Below, one piece after another: positions 26,601 through 40,163 of a DNA stretch of 64,000 bases; the stretch's first letter is position 1, and every line of letters begins with the position of its first letter. A model generated the notes under the pieces. It saw only the letters and a list, made by a program, of their open reading frames with translations, did no database searches and was not told the origin of the DNA. This stretch comes from Botryllus schlosseri (lineage: Eukaryota), in assembly GCA_051294905.1 (NCBI GenBank), contig CM119371.1, positions 27,220,001 through 27,284,000 on the forward strand, given 5' to 3'. The position numbers and the translations under genes were made by a program.

Positions 26601-27724
26601 ACATCTATAAAAATACCACAATCATTTGTGGCGAGATGACGTATTAGTGCTACGATCAACAGATGCAACATTAATTGATTGTGGATTCCCGTGCGACTGA
26701 GGTAGAGGGCATTTTGTATTTATTTATCCATCGGTATCAAATTTTCCCTACACGATTTTCCGACCAGATTTACCATCGGGATCATGTAAGTGAGTATTTA
26801 TCATACTTTCATTTTCTATTTCCACCTGAAGTAGGTTTGAAATGATTTGAAAAACGATCTTTCTACTGTTAATTGAGTAGAAATTTGCATCGTCATTTCC
26901 CTTTAATTCTACCTGAGCAATTACGCTGACTAATATACATTGAATGTTTGTAGCCTTATGAATACGCTGCGTCTTACATCCACTGTGACTCAAATTCAAT
27001 ATAATATTCATCGATATGTAAAGGATATCTATATTTGTACCTAACCAGATATTTTCATAATCGCCAAATCCGTTCACGTAGTCAGCCCAGTTTCGGAAGA
27101 AATCGACTTTGCCGTTCTTTCTTCGTTGAAAAACCTGTAATGAAAGTGGAAATGAAGCTTATCCCCTCAAACTTATAACATACTCAACATACGGTCCAAT
27201 TTCCTCCTTCATCTCTAACGTCACAAAATACGTTCTTGAATCCAATTCCGGGAATGAGTAATCCGACCACCCCACCATTTTGGCTCAGTGATAATTCTGA
27301 CTCGATTTGAGCGCTTTCGCAGTTACTCGGTAAAAGAGTGTGAATAGCTACAAATCAGAGGTGTGATTCAGAAAATTTGTTCTGAAAACCCATCATTTAA
27401 CAACACACCTTTCTTAATTTTTCTATCGGCGGTTCTTTCGGTCGCAGTACTGTCAAAGATTCGCGGGGGCACATGTGGAGCAGGTATCAGGCCAGGACCA
27501 GGCGTCCTTCCAGTTAGGATTCCTGACGGCCTCGCTTGTGATCGAAAGATGTTGGCCAAAATCCTGCTATTCCTCGCACGCACCTGTTGGCACTGGCTGT
27601 CGCAAAGAGGCGGATCCGTAAAGCGCATAGGCCTCCTTCCATTACTGATTTTTGATGCCCTCGTTTGTGATGCGAGGAAAAGTACAACCAGCAGTAAGGT
27701 TATGGCACTTGTTAATGTTCCCAT
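23619..27724 (-). CDS. Secreted FReD protein, copy 2, complete (exons 27724-27409, 27347-27193, 27134-27041, 24646-24550, 23934-23619; 325 aa)
   Basis: All four introns are GT-AG with consistent phases (316+155+94+97+316=978 nt). Exon 4 reads [20 protein letters not shown]. Exon 5 reads [25 protein letters not shown]...NCA...GAWWY..C..SNLNG...W...SEMKFR, the FReD C-terminal half. No collagen or coiled-coil region. Confidence 0.93.
24742..26470. mobile_element. hAT-type MITE in intron 3 of FReD copy 2
   Basis: 18-bp TIR CAGACTTGGACAACTAGA, perfect TSD GTGCAGTG, TCTAAT subterminal tandem arrays (~24800-24990, ~26285-26435). Absent from the homologous intron of copy 3 (~41690). Confidence 0.92.
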
Positions 27725-28219
27725 CTAATTTTTAAAATATGTTTGATTAGGAGTTTAGGCTTAGACATCGATACAGTGAGTCCAGTAACCTGATTTCAGC
27801 CTATTATCATAATCGAACTCAATTTAGATACGTAACGGAAAACAGTTAATAGTTTGTTGGTTAATACATGGTTGCTTCACATACTGCACTTATACGAAGA
27901 GTCAGTTTAGGTTTCAAAGACTTGATAGAAACCTGGAAATATTGAGAAATATATCACCACATTTCAAATTAAATGCATGAATTTGTCATGGTATAAACAT
28001 GTGAATTTATTGGTTTATGGGCATTACGGTCTAAATAACCCTTGCACTCCTGAATTAGATATCGTGTTCATGGATTCAGAATTGTCGGCCTGGCGACGAG
28101 ACATCCTCTCTGCTATGCGTAGGATCGTAACTGACTATATCGACCAAACACATTCCTTCTATATACCATCATTTCAGTCGAAACTCTAGCTTTACTTAAC
28201 CACCGATCGACTTCTCTCG

Positions 28220-31200
28220 GGCATATTCAAAGGTAGGAGTGCCCTACAGCAAATCAACTGAGTGCTTCCATAAACGAACAACAATACCAAGAACACTAAT
28301 CGATACTGCTTCCCAGTACGTTAATTGATATTCTGTGGGGTAAGGGGACAAGTGCCCTACAACTAAGTCGACAGAGTGATTGGTGAATCCCGCAGCAATA
28401 CCAGGGACACTAGTTGATACTGCTTCCCAGTAAGTCAATAACCGACGATTTGCTCCCCGATATGTATTTTTTCATGTTAAGAGGAACCACGACAAAACGC
28501 CTCTACTGAAAAACACAGTACACGGCTTCCATTTTCCGAATACCATTACGTAAATTGCTCTATTTGAAACATTCAAAACTCGCAGCATTACCAAGAACAC
28601 TAGCCTACTTGTTACTCCTTCTCAATACCCGAATTCAAAATCATTTATTCCCTGAAATGTATTTGCTCATATTCAAGCGGAGCACGGTATAAAGCCTTTA
28701 TTAATAAAACATTTCACGGTTTCAATTTCTGAATAGAATTACCTAAATTTCTCGATCTGAAATGCTTTCAATCACTGAATAAGGGGTACATACATTTATA
28801 TATTATGTAACCGCCGAAATCAGCATCGCTATCGCTCGAACAGCATACAACGCAGAGTGTTCCAGATTTCCAGAATTTTATCAGAATAACAGCGGGTTTC
28901 CAGTTGTCGCCCATTTATACCGTTGTTCGTTTTACAAAGCGATTGTTAAGCTAATTTCCAATATCTTCTAAATATATATCGCCTTTTACGGAACACCGCA
29001 TGATAGCTCTCATTCGAGTGATGTCGAGCTCCATAACTTTGTTATTGTGCCACAAGCTCCAAAGGTTTTCTTCTTGATATTATTAGTTTCCGAACGTCGC
29101 AATAATGCTGTCCCTGTCGGTGAATCTGACGAAAATCGAGTATCTCGCCGATTTTGTTTCGAGTCTAGTACCTGTCGATATTTCATCGTCAAAGTAGGAA
29201 TGATTTACAATGCTGAAGTATGTGCCATTTATGTGTTAAAAAGTGAACCATTGCCATTAGTTAGTCGCCACCAAAAATAATTTTGTAACTTTGGACCATG
29301 ATTATTTCATAGCGAAATGAGATGTGACCTTGCTGAGCGTTCGTCACGAAAATGTCGTTATCATAATTCTTCGTAGCGTTGGTAATATTTTTATGGATTT
29401 TATCATACCATGAATCAAGGTTTCAAACTGTTCATGGTGGTAAGTTCGTAGCTATCGAGACCGTTTTCTCGGTGAAAAACAAAACCTCCGAAGTCTTTAT
29501 AATTTGTATCTGCGGAAATGACTCCTACTGATCGTCACGTGTATCACAATTAATTCTCGACTAATATTCGAGAACTCATGTCACTGTGCCTTGCCGTGAT
29601 GCTAAATTGACCAGCATGATAATTATAGTTGCAGCCAAGGTGGATAGTCATCGCATACAAAATCAACGAACCGTGAGATAAAAATGACACCAAAGTCACG
29701 AAGACACTATAATAATGTTATTCGATAAGCAAGGGTGAAAACAGGAGCAGCTCCTCATACCATTCTCCAATGTGAGAGGTTGGTTCGTTGGACGTAACGC
29801 TTCAATGCATAGTGGGCGAACGCATGATATATTACCATTGAGTTATCCGCAAGCAATCTAGATGAATGGAAATATACCACATTCGTGTGTACGCGTATGG
29901 AGGCAATCCAGTTTTGGAGCGGGAATTCGGTTTTTATGACGTAATGCAGCAACGTATAGATGAGAAACGCTTGGTGTATATCTGCAAAGAATGTCTGAAA
30001 ATGGTATTACATGACCTACGGTCATAGGTCTAGGGAATCGGTTGGCTTTTTCGATAGGGTTAAACGGAATCTATTCTCCGAAACGAGAATATTGAAGTTG
30101 ACTCCTAATGGGAATATTGCATTACCGCATCCAAATTTATTTCATGGTCATGCAGAACTATAATACATTATTACAATAATAATGCGCATCGAGCGATATT
30201 TGGAATGATATAATGATGCTGCACACGCCTGATGATGATGTCCGGCAATTCATGTGTCGAATATATCCATTGCACCACTCTTGACCAAATCAATGTGTGT
30301 TTTTCATTTGTATATGAAATAATGTGTGTTGCAAACGCTACACATAATCCAGGTATACGTCATACGATAGTAAGCCATTTCTGTTCGCAAGTGAATAAAT
30401 TTCTCGCGTGGGAAACGATATATCAACTCACTCGTTCACAACTCTATGGACATTGGACGAGTGAGTGCTGATGTAAAGTCCGTGGGGCGCGGGGTGACGT
30501 GTGTGTCGAACCAGCAGAATACTTTGTAGGCATATGATTTTCAGTATAAACTGAAGTGGTATACAGTAACATGTGATTTCGAAACACACAACAATACCAG
30601 GGACACTTATTGATGCTGCTTGCCAGTACGTCAATAACGGATGATTTATTACCCGAGATCTATTTTTTCCATGTTGAAAAGGACCACGGAACAAAGCCTC
30701 TACTATGAAAATAGTATACTGTTTTTTTCTGGTTACCGTTACGTAACTTGGTTCGTTTCAGAATTTCGAAACACACAGCAATATCAGCAGCACTACTTAT
30801 TACGTTCCCAGTTATTTATCTACTGAGAAGTATTTGTTCATGTTCAGACTGACCACGGTACAAAGCCTACAGTATAAAAACAGTTCACGGTTTCAGTTCC
30901 CGAGCAGCAATACGTAAATTGTTCGATTTCAAACAATATCAATGACTGAATATGCTGTATATGAATTTTATATATTACATAGCCGCTGAAGTCGGTATCG
31001 GTATTGATATCGATCGAACAACACACAACGCATAGTGGTCCAGCTTCCTCAACTTCTATCAAGATAACAGGGGGTTTCTAATTATCGCTCATTTATACCG
31101 GCCATATCACTACAATCCCACAAACCTCCAACACTATCAAACCCAGCGAAATAGTAAACATAAATCAGACATATTCCGTGAGGTGGAGTCGGATGTTGTT

Positions 31201-31220
31201 TTAGCAGATCCCTGGGTTAT
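28220..31220 (-). pseudogene. Least-interrupted copy of the decayed ORF module, plus the start of the next copy
   Basis: Contains the TYWEAVSxSVPGIxxGF repeats (28244-28438, ~30590-30640) and the AFxxYALxRYVQR segment (29755-29952). Confidence 0.5.
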
Positions 31221-31227
31221 TCTATCC

Positions 31228-34128
31228 CCGGGGTTCTCAACCCGCAGCCCGCAGACGGTTATTTTGCGGCCCGCGGCGTCTTTCATTATGATCGCAATTA
31301 CTACTGGCGCAGCATTGTTACATATTAATTGTATTTGTAATTGTTATTGACTACTCATTCTTTGTTGTGTTCTAGTTTCCTGATTTATGCTTGTGTTGAT
31401 TGTTAGTGTTTTGAATCGGTATTCGGCTGGGTCTTGTTCCAAGAGTTGTGTGGTACACTTTTAAAGAGTGTTTCACTCACCGCAAATGGTTTGAACAGAA
31501 ACAAGAACAAGGAACGGAAAATTAAACAGCGAAAACTGGGTTTGTAATGTATCTTTGTGTGGAAAAGTGAATTTGCTCTCTCAGATATAAATCGAAAACC
31601 GATGTGCCATATTTGTCAAAAAACAGCTGTCGTAACGAAGGGTAGCTTAAAATGATACCGCGACAATTTCTTCTGTATAGTTATACATATGGCCTGATCT
31701 TAGAAAAAGTTACCAGCTTTAGGTGTCAAGCCGTAAATCCATATTTAGAGGCGTTGTTAGAATTGCGGGCGACGTCACAAACTTACTTGGTAGGTCTACC
31801 TCATGAAATCCGAGAAATATGCTAGAGCAGTGGTTCTCAACCTTTTTGGCTTCGCGGACCCCTTTTGACCGTCACGGACCCTCGCGGACCCCCTCAAGTT
31901 TTAGTTCAATTTTAGCTCTAATATGGTGCAACCTTCATCTGTCTTGTGCAAATATGAACTGTAGGCTTGTGATAAACAACAAAATCATGATTTTTCTTGA
32001 AAATAACATCGTACTATTTATGTAGAAATTGGTAGACTTTTATTATTTCAAAGCTAATTTTGCTGCTGTATTTCTTGAAGTACATGGTCGTGTCTTGAAA
32101 ATCCGCGTCCTCGTTTTGATATGAATGAGGAGGGCCGAAAACCATTTCCGCAAATATAGATGGAGGCTAATGCAGTATTAACGCATAACGCTTCCGGCGA
32201 TACTTTTGGTGTGATCGCAATATTTATGGCACCAAAATGAAAAAAAAACACATATATTTTATGAACATATAACGTCCAGCATTTAGCGCAGGGACGGGCA
32301 ACATACGGACCGCGGGTCGAATCCCACCCGCAACGGCATTTTGATCGGCCCGCAGAGAGTTCCTACCGTCAAAGTGAAAGCCCAATCTAATAGTATAGAC
32401 ACATTTTATGCGCCAAATAATGGAACCACGTTTTCCAACCTGAGAAAGACTGTCATGAAACGACTTGTTCTGTTCGGGTTTACAATATATTTACGAGCAA
32501 ACATTTTCGACCATGAACAATTGAACATTAACAAGACAAGGCAGCATACCAATATAACTGGTGATATAAATTTCAAGGTTGGAGCGTAATGCTTTGATAG
32601 CAACGAAACACTCCTTGTTCATCAAAAAACAGCTTTGTAGATAGGACATCCGCAATAAGAATGCGCCAAATTTGATAGTCGAGCTTCAAAAGCAGCATCG
32701 TCCGATTTATGACGACTGTCAGCCGACAATATTCGGGTTCATTTCAATATGAATATACTATGCAATTGTATATTGAAGTTCTGTACCTCCAAGAAGCTGT
32801 TCAAATAGTGGTTATGTCTATCGCAGGATAAAATGGATTTCGTGGCGAGGTTTTAATCCCTGCATTGGTACAAATTAGGGAAATACTTCGGAAATTTTTA
32901 TTTCAAACGACTGTTCACTAATTTGATGAGACTGACAACTTCAAATCGAGAAGACATAAAGAAGTCCCCCTGATTGACCTTACTATCTCCATATTTTTAT
33001 TTTGTCAACAAACCCCAACAAAACGTCTCTAAACAGCAATATCTTTGTATCGGCAAGTTATTGGAAAATTGGCAATGAAAATGAATTTCCACACTACGAT
33101 AGTTCATGTCAAACGATTATTATGATGATATGAGTCATAAGGTTTTAGCAGTTGTGGTGCGAAACTGCCTCATGCTTTCTCGACTAATTAAATAAAATAA
33201 AAATTACGTTATCAACCATTTTAAAAATTTAGAGGTCTCGCGGACCCCCTAAAATTGCTTCGCGGACCCCTAGGGGTTCGCGGACCCCCGGTTGAGAACC
33301 ACTGTGCTAGAGAATGTGTAAATGCAATAAAACTTTAACATACTCGGCGAATATTCGCAGCAAGAACAACATCACCTGACAAATTGCGAAGCTACAGCTG
33401 GCTGATTGATTCAACCGTGACCAGAAAAGTAACAGCAACGTCAGTCGATCGTTTATCGCATTTTCTGAAACACGTTGCCGCATATAGACTCACTTTAGCT
33501 ACCTAGCATTTGACGAATCCACCGACTCAACCGACATTGCATGACTAATTATCTGGGTGCATTCTATCAGAGTGGACATATTTGCAGAGGAAATGTTGGC
33601 AGGTCAAACGTTGGGAGGGACCAGCGTAAATCATCAACTTGACCAAGCTGACTTCTGTAACTATTGATCCAGGGCTCCAGCCATCGAAGGAAAGGGGAAA
33701 TGATGATTGGTTTGCTAAAAAAAGGACCCAGAACGCCTGACTTCTTCTCATATCGATGAAAACTCGAAGTTATAATGGCTTCTGCAACGAAAAAGTTACC
33801 GTAATTTCAAACATACAGTTCGGTTATATGGTGGACGGGTTAGTTTAAATGTGCATATACCGAACTGGCAGTGAATGCAGTGTACGCACCATTACTTGCG
33901 CCGCTGGAAAAAGATATTCTCACAAATAAAAGCAACCACAAATTTATCAACGCTATTCAGTGTCCATTAATGTCTTCGAATGCATAAAAATGTACAAAAT
34001 ACCCGTATACGACTGGTAAATATGCTACAGTAGCCTAAATTTAATATTACCCCATAAATATATGGTAATAATGCTCCGCGGCTCGCAGCGTTTTTTGCTG
34101 TTAAAATGCGGAAAGTTGAGAACCCCTG
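31228..34128 (+). mobile_element. Decayed hAT Charlie/Buster element with transposase remnants
   Basis: TIR C(A/C)GGGGTTCTCAAC; TSD TTCTATCC/TTCTAGCC. Remnants KPMCHICQKTAVVTK (~31595, BED-finger-like) and FSYLAFDESTDSTDIA*LIIWV (~33495), matching the Charlie/GTF2IRD2-type FSLxxDESTD motif. Confidence 0.85.
31828..33304. mobile_element. hAT Charlie-like MITE nested in 31228-34128
   Basis: TIR CAGTGGTTCTCAACC, CGCGGACCCC subterminal repeats, perfect TSD TGCTAGAG. Confidence 0.92.
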
Positions 34129-34136
34129 TTCTAGCC

Positions 34137-35700
34137 CGTAGCATTGGCTATACAGAATGTACACCATTCCTCCAATTGCCGATGAAAATAACAACTGAAA
34201 GAAGATGCCGCAATGGAACTAGTGCTTTGAATAAGAGAGTAAACTTTGTCATAACTTCACAATGACATTTCAAGAAGAACGCGATTTTGGTGACGGATTA
34301 GAAATATCCATAGGAAGATGTGACAGCGTTGCTACGGGTATAACTGAAAGTATAGGTTGTAAATGTGTAGCTAATTACAACATTGGGGATACCAAAACAT
34401 CTCTATTATCATGCTATCACTTCCCCTTGTAGCATTTAGTTCTTGTGATGTGAAGTCGCTTTCAGAAAAAGTCACTTTCCTCTATTGTAAATCAAACAAA
34501 TCATATTCAAATGGTGATTTTCGAGCTTTAGCAAATATACGTTAGATTAAGTGGTTGATGCTAATTACCAATATTTTCGTCCTATTTACCACCTTCTACG
34601 GAACACCGCATGATAGCTGTCGCTCGCCATGCGACGTTGATTTCTATAACTTTCTGTTGTGTCGCAAAGCCGAAGGGTTTTGAAAGCACCTGTTTTCATC
34701 GTTTCCTTTTGGTGTTCTTCTGATAGCATACTTTCCAATCGTCGCGATAATTTTGTCGGTGAGCCTCGCAAAATCGAGTATCTGACCGATTCCGTTCTGA
34801 TCCATCCAGTAATTTTGACCTCAATCACAGTAGGAATGACTTACAGTGTGCGAGTATACTATTTCTGTTGTCAAAAGTGAACCAATGTCACCTTGTCGCC
34901 GCCAAAACTAATTTTGCACCTGTGGACCATGAACATTTCATAGCGCTAATGTAACTAGCTGAGCGTTGATTACAATAATGTGTATATCATGTTTCTTCGT
35001 AGACTTGTTAATAATGTTTTGGATTTAGTGATACCGTCAACCGAGGTTTCAAACTGTTCGTGATGGGAAGATCGTATCCATCGAGACAGTTTTTCTCGTT
35101 GAAAAACAAAATTCTTTATATATGTTACTGCTGTAATCACTCTTACTGCCCTTCTCGAGTTACTACAATTGATTCTTGACTAGGATTCGAGGAATCATAT
35201 CATTGTCTATTGCCCTGATGATAACTTGCTCGGCATGATAATCATAGTTGTAACCAGTTTAGATATAGGCATCGCGTGTACGGCACAGTCAACGAACCGC
35301 GTGTAAATTATGACACAGATGCCCCGAAGAAATTATGATTGTGGTATTCGATAACCGAAGTGTCAAACGCAGGAGCAGCTTCTTCCATTCTGGAGTGGGA
35401 GCTGGGTTCGTTGGACGTAACGCATCAATGCATAAGTAACGAACGCATGACATAGTACCATTGGTTTATCCGCAAGCAATCTCTATGAATGGAATTGTAC
35501 CACATTCGTGCCAGCGCGTAAGGAAGATAACAGAGGGTTTCTAAATATCGCTCCATCCAATCCCATTAAACCTCCAACACTATCATACCCAGCGAAATAG
35601 TAAACTAAAATTCGACATCTTCCGTAACGCGAAGTCGGCGGCTCTTCTAGCGGATCCCTGGGATATTCCAGCCCATAGCATTGGCTATTCAGAAGGTACA
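34137..35700 (-). pseudogene. Copy of the decayed ORF module
   Basis: Collinear with 48506-49870. Confidence 0.45.
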
Positions 35701-38700
35701 CTAGGGGTGTAAAGGTCGAATCAGACGAGGCGATGTTGGCGATAATTTCTCTACAATCATATGAGAGTTCGTTGCATTTGATTAGTTTCAGAAAGCGTTG
35801 ACCCGTTGCATTCAAATCTGCTCGGGGATGATTGACAACTGCGAATCGGATTTTTGTTGTTGTACAGATCAGGTACACTGTACAATGTGTACATACTACC
35901 GCATCATGATCAGTGATGGGCGCATAGAGATTCCTGAGAATCCGAATTCATCCGACAGCTCAAGTCTCAGAGGATCAATCCTTCCGAATACGAATAATCT
36001 CATCCAAGTATCCATGCAAATCCGAAAAAGCACGTCCATATAATCCCGAAAATCCGAATAGAATAAATTTTCCGAAGAATCCCAATTATGCAGCGGAGCG
36101 AGACACGTTTAGGGTGTAGCCTTTATAAAGGCCTAGAGTTGGCTGTTTATATTTGCTTGGACCTTTAATAGAACAACTTTAGAGTGCTACCAGTCCTATA
36201 ACAATGTCGGTTTTAGTTGTCGAGCTGACGATTTTTCTCTTTCGACTTGAAGTCAAAAGTCACGTCTGGACAGAATTATCCAGAAAAGTCCGAAACAAAG
36301 TAACAAATGGCCGAAAATATTCGAAACTAATACAGCAATATGGTTATGATGCCTGTCCAATGTGTTCATGCTGCAATGTCTTGTCGAATGAAACCTTCTC
36401 GGAACCATGGTAGCATGGTATTTGTAAGGGTAGGTCAAAAAAGTTGAAAGTAGCACGAGTTTAGACTGTCATAATAACTGCGGAAGAATGCGCGTGCTGG
36501 TGCTACTCGAAGGTGGTGGGTGCATCCGATTTTGCAACGCTGGCCTATACTGGGTAAGTGAAGCAGCTCAATAATTTAGTAGCCTACTACATCGCAGTAA
36601 TTCGTTCGCAATGCCTCGCCAGAATTTCCGTCCGCCAAACGGCTTGAGCAAAAGTGACGCTATTCAAGTCTCAACACTGGTTTATATATGGATACGCATA
36701 AGCGCATCTCCCACTTCTCTCATCGCCGCCAATGTCGGCGACACTGCCAAATAAAATCGGCGGCGATTCGGCCGATGGCATGATAAAACAAACCCCTACG
36801 CTCGGCCGTCATCGCCTCGTCTAATACGCCCTTAAAACTGTAATTGCGTCGCGGCAGGATTCAAGATTTCAAGTCGCTCGCGGGCCGGACCAGACAACTG
36901 ATTTCAAAATGTTACCTCGTGCTCTTGCTTTTCACTCGAATAACTAAAAAGCATATATATATATTACACAGATCATAGGTTTTTTAAAGGAGCAAATCGC
37001 AACACGTTTATTCGCGAGCAATGGAATTGGCAAAAATACGATGATTATCCGGTTGAATAGGAACCGTTAAAAAAGCTGCGTTTGCGACGATATAAGTTGG
37101 CATATTCCGTCTATGCTCTCTTTGAGTTTGTCGTAGACGACGGCAGGCTGCTCTATGAGCGCAAAGCTATAATACTGGGTTGTATTGACACTGCAATAGA
37201 AAAACGTTGAGTAACCACCGACAGATACTCTCTGTCGTATCTTCAAAGGTATGGTAAGAGTTCCTTGCAGCTACATACGACATCTTACTGCTTGCGAAAG
37301 GCACACCAGGGACATTTCTTGATACTTGAATTGCTTCCCAGTACGTCATTAACAGAGGATTAATTTCCCGACATGCGTTCTTCATATTAAAAAGGACCAC
37401 AGTACTATACTCTTCTACTATAAGAACAGTAGGGCAAGGTTTTGCAACTTTTTTCGGCTTGCGGCAACTTCCTAAATACGCATAAGCTATGTAGTATACA
37501 GTTTTAAATTGTTTGAAGGAATCTTTCATTGCAAATTTTCGCAATTTTTCCTCCACTTTTTCATGCAACGTTTTGCAACTTTCCTGTTTCTCATGCAACT
37601 AACTTTTCCTGAAAATATTTGGCATAACATGTAAATAGATCGCTTGATTATGTCACTTTCGTTTAAATTTGAAGTGTTTTCTGATGTGACGTACATCTAG
37701 GCCGGACCGACGAAAATTATATTTTCACTTGTTCGCTTTTTGCAGGCTATTGATTTTGTTCATGTCGCTAACACTGAGTTTTGCTACAGTGCCTTGGATA
37801 CGGGTCGATTCTAGTATCCCATAACATAATAATTTTAAGAAACTTGTCCATAAATGTAACTTTTAGTAAAAATAAATGAAACTTTTTACTGCAACTTTCC
37901 ACGGATTTGACAGCAATAAAAACTTGCCCGAGTAATAAGGCTTGGTGATAAAGTATTCAAGTAAAAAACAGGAGCATGGATTTTGAGATAACATGCTGGG
38001 TTCATTTGACTAGTCCGAACAGCCTCGCTAGTGGAGTCTGACACGTCTGGTCAACACCTTATGAAATGAGATGTTTCAGATTTGTATTTTCACTTCGTGT
38101 GATATGCTATCTCCAATTGTGTGCTCACGGTTTACCGTATACCTATCATATTTTCACCAGCCCAAAAGAGGATAATTGGTAACCGGAAATTAAATTGAAA
38201 GTAGAAATACGTAGGTTTCCCCGGTATGTACTAGAATAGGGATAGGCGATCTCCCAACGCTCCAAAGAAGCCGAAAATATTTTGACCGGCCTATACGTAA
38301 AAGCTTCAACTGTAATCTGCGGATTCTCCGAATGCCGTTCATCCTTCTGATCGCAGTTCGTCTGGACAGCGGTAACTTTCATATGCCTATTTATTTTCGG
38401 GAAATATTACCAGTGCTTGGTTTAAAAAGCATTCTTCATCAGACTGGTCATTCGAGAATTCTCATTTACTGTGTTTATAGGTGTTGCGGTAAATTACAGA
38501 ACTAGCCTTTGTTGCTGCGCATCGACCTGCGTGCAATAGCTTGGTAAAATAGCTTTATAAATTTGATAGATTCGCAAACAGGTGTTGCTACATTCGCGCT
38601 TCATCAGCTTTGGCCAGAAGCCTGTATTCCTCGCGTGCATCTAATAATGCCGATCTGTTCACCACAAATAAAACAGACTTCTTTACCTCCGACTTCACTG

Positions 38701-40163
38701 AACAAACTTTTGGTGCAAATCTTCTGGAAATTGTGACAATCATCGTCGCCCTTCCTGTGTTACGTACACTTCCCGAATACATTGGCTATGATCGACGAAG
38801 ACCCCTAATCACGTGCACAAATCGAACTGTTTACCATGGTGTCCTAGGTCTACCGCTATGCGTGGACACTAGCTAATCCCACGGCTCATTGCGATTGGGT
38901 TACACCATTCTCGCCATTTGACTAAAGGTAACTGTCGGCACTATCTGGTATGACGTTCCGAGAGCTAAATCTGATAAAATAGGTAACATTCGAAAAGAAG
39001 ACATGTTACGAAAATATAAATTATATTCAGCTCGTTCTCGTGCCACCCACCCAATCAGACTCGAATTTTGCATTGTGACGAAGCTAAGGAGCACGGATCC
39101 GAAATGTGGTGACTAACTCGAAGTTTCCAATGTCCATTCATTGACTGTATATCATATGCAGACAAACGCGACATTTTCAGTCAGGTATGAAATGGCTTTA
39201 ATTTATTCGGATTGCGCAAGTAATTTGCCCTGCCTGCACCACTTACTCAAGTAGCTAAGTTTTATTTTACACTACTTCAACCTCTACGCAACAGGAAAAA
39301 CGAGGCAAAACTATTTACCTTTTACTCCGCGTAATCTGTAATTATAGTATAGTATCATATATGCTTGCAGCCTTTTATTGACTGCTATCTGTACGAAAGA
39401 GTCCCTGTATCACTTTAACTGAATCTATTTTTAAACCTTGGACTTATTTATTTCTGCCACTGGTCGGTTACCGTTATTCCCGAAGAAGCACGTCGGAATT
39501 TCGAAATTGTTTTCTCCGATTAACCGCTAACAGTGTACAAACAAGCGACCAAATCGACTCACTAAACTATACTTGAGCAGTTTTAAGATCTTCATTATAT
39601 ACTTATGGTACTAAGACGTTACTTCCACTTATTCTTGAGTAGCATCCCCGACTTCTTAGCCACATCTGCACTCAAGACGACAATGTTATAGGAGTGGCAA
39701 GAAAAGTTCTAGTTAACAATAGAATATCACCTGCGAATGTCCTAACGAATAAGAAACAACAAAATATGAGGCAAACAATTTGCAGAGAGTAAATGTATTA
39801 GTTGCAAGCACGGCAACAGAAATTCAACAGTAATTCATGCACGTAACACAACGCGAACATCAAAATAATATCGAATATTAGTGATAGGTTTTAGAATTTC
39901 ACTTCGTAGATGGTCTGATGTCTTCCTGGAAAACGGGTGTACGGCGTGGTATATGACATCCCATTCTAATCATTTCTATAATTGAGTTTATATCAATGCT
40001 AGTTGGTTAGAGTACCTACTTTGCCTCGTATACAGATGGCTCGTTACAATTAAAGGTCTGGTAATCATTAGATGAGGATCAAACACGACATAGAGGCTAC
40101 ATCTCAATGTCTCTAATACGCTACTCCAAGTCACAACGTTATCAGAGGGAAAAGGACGAATCT

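Noticed and set aside
26748..27040. ORF extension past FReD exon 3
   Set aside because: Intron read-through. The homologous intron in copy 3 has a stop, and the true exon 4 is at 24646-24550.
27363..27728. Plus-strand ORFs 27363-27728 and 45367-45564
   Set aside because: Antisense shadows of FReD exon 1 with non-ATG or non-conserved starts.
28230..28640. Spaced GATACTGCTTCCCAGTA repeats as a CRISPR-like array
   Set aside because: The intervening sequences are homologous to each other and longer than spacers, the context is eukaryotic, and there are no cas genes.
38360..39094. Short ORFs as a separate gene
   Set aside because: Multiple stops, no recognisable motif and no splice-consistent model.
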